From sequence record LC768500.1: a stretch of DNA of 64,000 nt; one strand, 5' to 3'. Positions 38,249 through 45,676 of this stretch are shown here, in pieces. Positions within the stretch are counted from its first letter, which is position 1, and every line of letters begins with the position of its first letter. The notes under the pieces were generated by a model. It saw only the letters and a list, made by a program, of their open reading frames with translations. It was not told the DNA's origin and made no database searches. The position numbers and the translations under genes were made by a program.

Positions 38249-38409
38249 TGGACGATACCATTAAAGAAGCGGTCGCTATCGCCAATTTGTTTGAATTGGT
38301 TAAAGCAACGACCGGGAAAGTCGGACTTGAATATATGGCCCCCATTGATGATTCTCGTGCCGACGAAATTATCAGCGGTGCTATCAACGCGGCAGTAAAA
38401 GGACAATAA
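38248..38409 (+). CDS. 53-aa hypothetical protein missed by the ORF track
   Basis: TAATG coupling to the endolysin stop, GGAG upstream, ends 2 nt before the next ATG. Confidence 0.7.
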   Translation: MDDTIKEAVAIANLFELVKATTGKVGLEYMAPIDDSRADEIISGAINAAVKGQ

Positions 38410-38411
38410 CA

Positions 38412-39911
38412 ATGATCAAGCAATCTTCCGTTTTCATTGCGTTGCCTATCGCAGAAAGTTTGGTTGGTGTTAACAAAACCTTTGCTGATAAAAGCCATCC
38501 GCTCATCAAAGGCCTGAGCGATTGCAGCTATGGGTTGGTTCCCTATACCCTCGATAACCTTCCTTTGACTTTACCGGAAGTTACTCACGAGGAAATGGAA
38601 CACGGTTTGCTGCTGGATGAAGCCAGTACAACACTCGCTGAATCTGTTCGTAAGAGTTTCCAGCAAATCAGCCATTACCTCAAACCTTTCGCGAAAAATC
38701 TCATCGAAGAAATTTACAAGGCGACGGATATTGATGAAGACGCTACACGTCAGATTTTCGACCGTCTTCAGATTGAATACCGTAAGCTCGATTACAGCTT
38801 CTTCGATAGCCCGTTTTACCCGAAAGAGATTGACGGCTCTATCGACTACAGCAAGATCCCTCTGAAAGATCTGATGTTGCCGGATAACGCAGTTGATAAA
38901 GACTTCGGCGGGTTCGCCGATTATATCCAGGCGCCTAACGCAGAGATCAAAGAGATCTTTGAAGCTTATCAGCCGGGTTGGGCGTTCGATAAATTTATTG
39001 GGAACAACAACTGGGCTGACGTCTTCAATATTTTCAACGGTAATGTTGATCTGACAACGGCCGGTTACAAAGACCCGGCGCCTCTGTTCAGTCTGTACGT
39101 GCTGTTTACGAAAATGAAAGCGGATGAAAATCCGGCTCCATTCGTAAAAAATATCGAACTCCATCAGTATCGTGGTTACGTCAACCGGATGCATAACTTC
39201 CTGACCGTAGCGCTTGTTTTTTGTTCTCGCTACTATCGGGGTTTGAAACTCACTCCAATGCCTGTTTTATCTTTGGTAGGTAAAATGGAAATGGATCGTG
39301 GGATTAACCTCCTGCGCGGTAAAATCGTCGTAGGTCTTACCAAAAAAGGTCTTGATCTTTACGCAGCGGCGGCACCTGAAGGTTCTGTGAGTGAAGCTCT
39401 GGCCGGTAAAGCCGTAGCCATGATCGCAACCAAGTCCGATAAAGCTGGTTTGAACATCGTTGCAGGCGCAGAGTACTTCCAGGAAGTATTCCGCAATTAC
39501 CTGGCTGGCGTAACGGGATCTCTGAATGCTAAGATCACTGAATCCTGTCGGGGCGCAGTTGAGAATGCGCTGATCAAGTTCCAAAACGAACACGCGGAAC
39601 TCAAAGATACCGTGATGGGTCTCAATGACAAAATTGAATTCCGTCGTCTGAGCCACGCTCTGCAGTCTGACGTGGATGCGTTCGTTGGTGGTTATAAATC
39701 GCAAGTTGTCGCTAACGGTGTTCCGTTGTCTAAATACGTCATGGGATCTGATCTCGTCGCCTCTCTGGGTAACCTGATGGGTATGACGTTCGCGGCGGAT
39801 GTACTGCGCACCAGTTCTCGCTTGATCGGTTCAGGTGAGATCACCGATGTTCAGAAACGCGAAGCGCTGACCGAAGCGGTTGTAAAATCTTTAGTTAAAC
39901 ATCTTGTCTAA
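38412..39911 (+). CDS. Conserved virion-associated protein (phiKZ gp177-like by synteny)
   Basis: 499 aa, two genes upstream of the protease. Confidence 0.6.
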   Translation: MIKQSSVFIALPIAESLVGVNKTFADKSHPLIKGLSDCSYGLVPYTLDNLPLTLPEVTHEEMEHGLLLDEASTTLAESVRKSFQQISHYLKPFAKNLIEEIYKATDIDEDATRQIFDRLQIEYRKLDYSFFDSPFYPKEIDGSIDYSKIPLKDLMLPDNAVDKDFGGFADYIQAPNAEIKEIFEAYQPGWAFDKFIGNNNWADVFNIFNGNVDLTTAGYKDPAPLFSLYVLFTKMKADENPAPFVKNIELHQYRGYVNRMHNFLTVALVFCSRYYRGLKLTPMPVLSLVGKMEMDRGINLLRGKIVVGLTKKGLDLYAAAAPEGSVSEALAGKAVAMIATKSDKAGLNIVAGAEYFQEVFRNYLAGVTGSLNAKITESCRGAVENALIKFQNEHAELKDTVMGLNDKIEFRRLSHALQSDVDAFVGGYKSQVVANGVPLSKYVMGSDLVASLGNLMGMTFAADVLRTSSRLIGSGEITDVQKREALTEAVVKSLVKHLV

Positions 39912-39926
39912 TCGGGAATTTAATCC

Positions 39927-40652
39927 ATGAACTATTCGGCTCTAACGAGAAATAAGGATCGGGTCTTTAAAGCATTAAAAGAGTTAGAGGACCATTCGGT
40001 TATCGCTCTGGAGCCGTTAGAGGTTCATATCCCCAAACGCTTTATCGAGCGATCACTAGCCGATATCGGTGATAAGGTTGAAACGATCGGTGTTCTGGGG
40101 ATCGTCATTCCCGATGTCGCTTATTGCTGCATGTATCGCGTGGCTACTGTAACACTGTCACCAAGTAACATCAGGGAAATCACAATAGACGGCGTAAGAT
40201 ATGTTGTATTGGATTTCGAGAAGGGCGATACAGTCTTTAACAACATCGAGGTCGTTAAAGACGAACATCTCAACTATTCTTATTACATGGAGTTCGGGTA
40301 TTTCGCAAGGGTTCCTTGGTACGTCGATGTAACGATGGCACCTAAGCTTTTCGATTACGCCGGGCTGATCACCGGTAAGAAAGTAGGGACCAGTCCTCAG
40401 GTATTCAGGGTGCTTTACGGATTATCATATCGAGATCCCGATAACTACGAGATCGCTTATCGTTACGGTCCAGGAATTAAGGCCGGGAAGAAACCTCACC
40501 TGGTGGGGCTCAACAACGGCAGCATGTTGATAGATGGAACGTTCAACCGCCTCATGGGCGGATATCTGGCCGACAACACCATTGCGGCTATTCTTAATCC
40601 TGATACCAAAGTCACTGATTCAGAAAAAGTGATGAAGGGATCGCCAGAATAA
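39927..40652 (+). CDS. phiKZ gp176-like protein, candidate additional vRNAP subunit
   Basis: 241 aa directly upstream of the protease; synteny only. Confidence 0.5.
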   Translation: MNYSALTRNKDRVFKALKELEDHSVIALEPLEVHIPKRFIERSLADIGDKVETIGVLGIVIPDVAYCCMYRVATVTLSPSNIREITIDGVRYVVLDFEKGDTVFNNIEVVKDEHLNYSYYMEFGYFARVPWYVDVTMAPKLFDYAGLITGKKVGTSPQVFRVLYGLSYRDPDNYEIAYRYGPGIKAGKKPHLVGLNNGSMLIDGTFNRLMGGYLADNTIAAILNPDTKVTDSEKVMKGSPE

Positions 40653-40666
40653 AATAAGGGTAAACC

Positions 40667-41530
40667 GTGAGTCAGTTTTCTTTCGGCAACATTATTCTTG
40701 CCAGCAACGGTAAGAAAGGACTACTAAAGCCGATCGATGATTCTGGTTACTATCTGCTTAACGCGGGGGGATTTAACGTCCCTAACCGTAACGGGATTAA
40801 ATATACTGCCAATCAGTATATTCAAGAGTGTATGTCCGAGGACTCCGATCTCATGCGTCGTATTAAACGCGGTGAGGTTTATGGGGAATGCGGACATCCT
40901 CCTATGTTCTTTTACGAACGCGTCAACGGTGTGATAGTAAGAACCAAGATCACCGATCTGTATCAATGGATCATGCGTCTTAAAACTATCGACATGGACA
41001 GGGCGGCTTTCCACATTCGCAATATCCATTTTGATACTGATGCATGGACCCCTAACAACAACGGTCCAATCTATAACAGTATCGAAGTTAAACCTTACCT
41101 TTCAACGGTGTTTGGTAAGATGTTTGAAGAGAACCTGTTAACGCCTGATATGAATACCTCTGTCTCTATCAGGACGGTCACCGCTCCTCAGCAATTCGGT
41201 CATAAGTCTCGTGAGGTCGAATACTTCACTGGCTACGATTGGGTTTATGAGGCGGGTATGGATTGGGCTAACAAACACATGACTGCCGGATGCGAAGCCT
41301 TCCTGCAAGAAATGGTGTTTGATGAAAAACAATCCATGACGCTGGATACCGATACAGCTATTCAGTTGATCGAAGCAGGGCTGGAGAAGGTAGACAATAT
41401 TCGTAGCGTTGAGGGCGTCGAAGCCTTTGAATCTATCAAAGGACTGCTCGGGTCTCTTAAACGTCACAACGAAGATCGTAAACAGAAACACACCATTTCC
41501 TACGCTTCTAACTGTCTGGATTTATTCTGA
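40667..41530 (+). CDS. Prohead maturation serine protease (phiKZ gp175 / T4 gp21 family)
   Basis: NRNG..Y, YGECGHP (His77), SVSIRT catalytic Ser region. Confidence 0.85.
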   Translation: MSQFSFGNIILASNGKKGLLKPIDDSGYYLLNAGGFNVPNRNGIKYTANQYIQECMSEDSDLMRRIKRGEVYGECGHPPMFFYERVNGVIVRTKITDLYQWIMRLKTIDMDRAAFHIRNIHFDTDAWTPNNNGPIYNSIEVKPYLSTVFGKMFEENLLTPDMNTSVSIRTVTAPQQFGHKSREVEYFTGYDWVYEAGMDWANKHMTAGCEAFLQEMVFDEKQSMTLDTDTAIQLIEAGLEKVDNIRSVEGVEAFESIKGLLGSLKRHNEDRKQKHTISYASNCLDLF

Positions 41531-41531
41531 T

Positions 41532-41563
41532 AATAACTGGAGGGGGAAACCCCTCCAGTTATT
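41532..41563 (+). terminator. Intrinsic terminator
   Basis: AATAACTGGAGGGG-gaaa-CCCCTCCAGTTATT then T-run. Confidence 0.85.
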
Positions 41564-41616
41564 TTTTACTCACATCCTATTTTTATGTCGACATAACACA
41601 ATAAGCGAGTTTAACC

Positions 41617-42267
41617 ATGTTTAAGAAAGATCTCTCACTCACTCAACTTAACGATCTGGCAGCAATCAATTTTCTGGTAACCGCTCCTCTGGAAGTTAAA
41701 TTGATCAGCAACCTTTACGGTGAGATGGAACGTATTTGGGGTCAGATGCGCGATCAATATGGCGAACATCTCATCGAACGCAATCTCGGGGGCGGGGTTA
41801 AATCTGACGGCGTAAGAGATTATGCCGAGAAACTCACCGTTCTCGTTTTTAACTCCATCGGATCATTCCAGCGTGGCCTGTCAAAGAAAACCATCGGTGA
41901 TAAAAATGATGAAGCGACGACGCTCATTCGTCGTGTACCCGCATACACCGATCTGTCGAACGAAAAACTTTTCAAGATCTTCATGATCAATCTATTCGGT
42001 TACGACGAAGATCTTATCGCAATCTCTTTTGCGACTAACGATAAAGATCGTAGCAAACTGCTCTTCCGATACATCCTCAATCGTTTTGACGTCGTTCGTA
42101 ACAATCCTGAGTCCGAAGAACTTATGGAAGGTTTCTATCCTGATAACTTCTTCGAGATCGTTGCCGAAAGACCAAGCGACGTTTATCAGGAATGTTTCGC
42201 GTACATCGTGGAACAGGGTTATCCGGTCATGAAAGCGCTGCAGTACTACGCGTCCTCATTACGCTAA
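41617..42267 (+). CDS. Hypothetical protein
   Basis: 216-aa ORF with biased codons. Confidence 0.8.
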   Translation: MFKKDLSLTQLNDLAAINFLVTAPLEVKLISNLYGEMERIWGQMRDQYGEHLIERNLGGGVKSDGVRDYAEKLTVLVFNSIGSFQRGLSKKTIGDKNDEATTLIRRVPAYTDLSNEKLFKIFMINLFGYDEDLIAISFATNDKDRSKLLFRYILNRFDVVRNNPESEELMEGFYPDNFFEIVAERPSDVYQECFAYIVEQGYPVMKALQYYASSLR

Positions 42268-42291
42268 AAGTTTTAAGACCTATATAACTAA

Positions 42292-42356
42292 GGTGAGGCA
42301 AACACAGACAAAACAGTCTGGGTGATGTTGTAACATCATCTTTTTGTTTCCTCATC
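42292..42356 (+). ncRNA. Putative structured RNA leader (three-way junction)
   Basis: Closing stem 42292-303/42346-356, inner stems CAGAC/GTCTG and GGTGATGTT/AACATCATC; directly after TATATAAC. Confidence 0.45.
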
Positions 42357-42397
42357 TTTCTTATTTTAACATCCAATTTATTATCGAGGACCGAAGA

Positions 42398-42841
42398 GTG
42401 AGCAAACTTAACAAAACTTATGCTGAATCCCAAACTGCCGCTATCGCCAATCTGACCGAACACGCGAGCTACGACAAAGCAACGGCGCACACTACCTTTT
42501 CAGCAGAAAAGTTTTCTTTGCCTGAAGGGGTAACCCCTGAAAGTATTAAGACGCACAAAGATCTCTTCATTGACATCACCGGTGCGATCGAAGAAGCTAC
42601 CGCGCAACAAACGCTGGCTGCTCATAAGGCCGATGAAAAAATTCTCACCACCACGGGTTCTCTGGAACTGGGCGGGGTCGTCTTTACCTCTCAACACCAC
42701 CTGAAACAAAAAGTAGGGGAGCACGAACTGTTCGGCGGGAGTGTAACCAGCGTCGATTACATCTATTCTCCTGAAGCGACCGAATGGGCGGCAAGCATGC
42801 GCGCCAATAACGCGAGTATCGCCGAAGATCTTTTTAAATAA
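42398..42841 (+). CDS. Hypothetical protein, probably highly expressed
   Basis: GAGGA RBS favours GTG 42398; terminator follows. Confidence 0.8.
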   Translation: MSKLNKTYAESQTAAIANLTEHASYDKATAHTTFSAEKFSLPEGVTPESIKTHKDLFIDITGAIEEATAQQTLAAHKADEKILTTTGSLELGGVVFTSQHHLKQKVGEHELFGGSVTSVDYIYSPEATEWAASMRANNASIAEDLFK

Positions 42842-42848
42842 GGCATTC

Positions 42849-42875
42849 TTACTCCTGCCCTAAGGGCAGGAGTAA
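42849..42875 (+). terminator. Intrinsic terminator
   Basis: TTACTCCTGCCC-taa-GGGCAGGAGTAA. Confidence 0.75.
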
Positions 42876-42911
42876 ATAAGGCGTTTTATTTTTTTAGGGG
42901 AAGAAAGTAGA

Positions 42912-43190
42912 ATGGCTTCTAAGTCAACCACAAGAATCTACGAACTTGCTGATGGTGGGATTCGGATTGGGTTTGTGAGAAATGAAGGATCGATCAAGGT
43001 TAAGGTAGAACAGTTTGACCGAGAGCGCAAACTCATGAATCTGTATGGCGCAACCATCCATATTTTAGAAAAAGCGGGCGCCATCACTGAACTAAGAAAA
43101 GTATTAGGTAAACAATTTCCGCGTTGGGGATTCGACATGAATCCCGAAGCAAAGGAAGACATCGTGCTTACTTTTATCAAATTGTTCTAG
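42912..43190 (+). CDS. Hypothetical protein
   Basis: 92-aa ORF; hairpin at 43200-43224 follows. Confidence 0.7.
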   Translation: MASKSTTRIYELADGGIRIGFVRNEGSIKVKVEQFDRERKLMNLYGATIHILEKAGAITELRKVLGKQFPRWGFDMNPEAKEDIVLTFIKLF

Positions 43191-43309
43191 TATTTTATGG
43201 TAGGGGTGCTTTGGGCACTCCTACTGGACTCATCATGCATTTTAATTCAACACACAAAAAGAATGAGACCTGTACTATTAAAGTAAGAACAATGATAGGA
43301 GTTGCTTTC

Positions 43310-43993
43310 ATGGATTCAATAAGCTGGTACGGAAAATTTAAAGCAGTAACCGAGGATTTGATTCCGGTTGATCTTTTACGGTACTGCTTATGGTCGATCA
43401 CCTTTAATGACAAAGCGCATGATTTGAATCACGTTTATCATGTTTGTAAACAAGGGAACGATCTTGCATTATTACAAGATTACGATGACCACTGGCGAAG
43501 CCTAGTATTGGCCGGTTGCCTGCTTCACGACATTGGGTGTCGTTACGATCGTAAAACCCATCATCTCATAGCGTATGGGTTGGTCTTCGATTTAACCCAT
43601 CGTTATTGCACCGGACACTATTCGCCAGAAGAGACATTGATCATTGCGAAAAGTTGTCTGGAGCACAGAGCAAGCTGGGAGGGTGATTTCAGTCATCCTA
43701 TTTCAGAGACCGTCGCTCTGGCCGACAGAGGTATTCCTGATTTCGAGTTATACTGCAAACGAGCCGTTCAGTTCAGGTTAGATCAAAACCTGACTGAAGA
43801 TGTTTTGGTAGAAGAAGTTCGCGTTCACATGTTAGACAAGTTCCTACCTAAGACGGGTTACGTCTGGAAAAACTATCCTGAATTAGGATTGTCTTTATAT
43901 GAACAAGAATGGAAAGTGTTCCACGATAAACTTAAAGATGAAGCTGTCTTTAGAGAGGCTGTACTAGAAGCGTACCGTAAATTAAAATCTTAA
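43310..43993 (+). CDS. HD-domain metal-dependent phosphohydrolase
   Basis: AHDLNH...LLHDIG...THH...EHR...LAD gives H..HD..D; AGGAG RBS favours ATG 43310. Confidence 0.88.
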   Translation: MDSISWYGKFKAVTEDLIPVDLLRYCLWSITFNDKAHDLNHVYHVCKQGNDLALLQDYDDHWRSLVLAGCLLHDIGCRYDRKTHHLIAYGLVFDLTHRYCTGHYSPEETLIIAKSCLEHRASWEGDFSHPISETVALADRGIPDFELYCKRAVQFRLDQNLTEDVLVEEVRVHMLDKFLPKTGYVWKNYPELGLSLYEQEWKVFHDKLKDEAVFREAVLEAYRKLKS

Positions 43994-43997
43994 TCTA

Positions 43998-44032
43998 TAT
44001 TGTTAACGTCCTCATAAGGGACGTTAACAATA
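43998..44032 (+). terminator. Hairpin / terminator
   Basis: 14-bp perfect stem TATTGTTAACGTCC/GGACGTTAACAATA. Confidence 0.7.
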
Positions 44033-44050
44033 ACCTACGAGGAAATCACT

Positions 44051-44545
44051 ATGATTATTTTACTTGCTGTTTTTGCTATTATCCTTTGTATTGGTTTTTG
44101 TTATAAAAAGATCAATATCAAAAACGACATCGGAATCAAGGTTAACAACGCCACAAAGATGGTCATCAATATTAACCTTGGTAAAATTAAAGGCGAATTC
44201 AAGATCGTTAAACACAGTCGCTGTTTCAAACCCAGAGTCTCTCCTGGTCTAAATGGATTGGTTTATACCGTCCCTGTGTTTTGTACGTTATCTGAATTCA
44301 TCACCGGCTTATATTCTGAAGAAATAAGACCTTACGACAAACAAAAAGATAAACACCTCTTAGACGTCGTCAGAGCCATCGTAGGGGCCGAATTAAAGGA
44401 CGATGGTATGATTGCCTTATTCGACGACACGACCCTTTGTGAGACCGTAGAGAGAGCCAGAGAGTCATTTGTGATGAATAAGGATTATTTCTTCTCTGAG
44501 AAGGGGTGGAACCGAGGCAATGTTATTGCACCTATCAACCTTTAA
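44051..44545 (+). CDS. Hypothetical protein with N-terminal membrane anchor
   Basis: MIILLAVFAIILCIGFCY then KK. Confidence 0.75.
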   Translation: MIILLAVFAIILCIGFCYKKINIKNDIGIKVNNATKMVININLGKIKGEFKIVKHSRCFKPRVSPGLNGLVYTVPVFCTLSEFITGLYSEEIRPYDKQKDKHLLDVVRAIVGAELKDDGMIALFDDTTLCETVERARESFVMNKDYFFSEKGWNRGNVIAPINL

Positions 44546-44559
44546 TTAAGGATTTTAAA

Positions 44560-44700
44560 ATGTCTGACATGTTTGACGTGGATCAACTCAACAACCTGAA
44601 CCTGGAAGCGGTTGAAGAGAAAGTCGAATCTCTTCGTGATGGTGGCGGTGAAGTTGTCGAGGCTTCCGATGAATGTGAAGGCGGCGCCTGCAAAATTTAA
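44560..44700 (+). CDS. 46-aa acidic microprotein ending in an NrdA-like redox tail (DECEGGACKI)
   Basis: AAGGA RBS, biased codons, terminator follows; C-terminus matches E. coli NrdA ...DDGCESGACKI. Confidence 0.8.
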   Translation: MSDMFDVDQLNNLNLEAVEEKVESLRDGGGEVVEASDECEGGACKI

Positions 44701-44709
44701 AACGTGTAA

Positions 44710-44743
44710 TAACTCCTACTCCCCATGCGGGGAGTAGGAGTTA
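44710..44743. terminator. Bidirectional terminator
   Basis: 15-bp perfect stem TAACTCCTACTCCCC-atgc-GGGGAGTAGGAGTTA. Confidence 0.85.
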
Positions 44744-44764
44744 GCAGTACTTATTTTTTTTTTC

Positions 44765-45661
44765 TTACAGCATGTATTCAGGAGCGGTAACTTTAGCCGC
44801 TTCACGAGTCATCGCAGCAAGAGTACCAGAATCGGTAAGACTCTGGAGAATCGCCGTAGGCTGTAGGAATCCGGATTCGGCACCGCGACCAGCTGGGTTA
44901 TACATCGGGAGTTTGCTCAGGAAAGAACGAGCAATCTCTTTAGCGGCCTGGGTATCGAAATCGATCAGACCGGTGTATTCCATGTTGATGTCACGCATCT
45001 GACCGGCTTCGTCTTTGTTACGACGCATCTGGATTTCAACGGTGTTACGCGGCATGATACCTACTGCAAGAGCAGCATGGGCAACATCACGCATATTACG
45101 CGTCGGTTCCAGATAAATGTTCGCACAAGAGATTTGGTCGATCAGGAGATCGCCTGGATCGTCGAGGATAACCGCACGAGGATGGCCCAGATCCGGATCG
45201 TTCAAACCATACAGAGACCAGGAACGATGGAGGTTAGTATAAACCTCACCTTCGATATCCACGCCAGCATGGTTGATAACACCGAGGGTACGAGTACCGC
45301 CCGACGGCACTGAGAATACACGGCCAGAGAAACGCTGTTCTGCGAATTCGGTCTCAATACGTTCAGAGAGACCGGTGATTTCACGACTACGCGTTTCAAA
45401 CCAGGATTTCGCCAGTGAGTGGAGGATGTTACCTGCCGGCATACGGCTAAACAACGCAGGGGTACTGATACAGAAGCACCAGGTCTGCTGCTGAATATGC
45501 GGATGCTCGGAGACCATGTTGGCGATATTGGGAGCCCAGCCATACTGGCCCCCTTGAGGGCCATTCAGAACATGACGGTCGCCCACGCCGAACGCAGAGT
45601 ACCATTCAGAACTCCCAGGTACCAGCGTGCTTGTGTTCCTAAACGGAGTGTTGCTTGACAT
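44765..45661 (-). CDS. Tail tube protein (phiKZ gp30-like)
   Basis: 298 aa directly downstream of the sheath gene; GGQYGWAPN motif. Confidence 0.8.
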   Translation of the reverse strand: MSSNTPFRNTSTLVPGSSEWYSAFGVGDRHVLNGPQGGQYGWAPNIANMVSEHPHIQQQTWCFCISTPALFSRMPAGNILHSLAKSWFETRSREITGLSERIETEFAEQRFSGRVFSVPSGGTRTLGVINHAGVDIEGEVYTNLHRSWSLYGLNDPDLGHPRAVILDDPGDLLIDQISCANIYLEPTRNMRDVAHAALAVGIMPRNTVEIQMRRNKDEAGQMRDINMEYTGLIDFDTQAAKEIARSFLSKLPMYNPAGRGAESGFLQPTAILQSLTDSGTLAAMTREAAKVTAPEYML

Positions 45662-45676
45662 TTAGAGTCACCTTAC

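Noticed and set aside
38248-38409. Holin next to the endolysin
   Set aside because: No transmembrane segment
42292-42356. Hammerhead ribozyme
   Set aside because: Three-way junction lacks the CUGANGA and GAAA core
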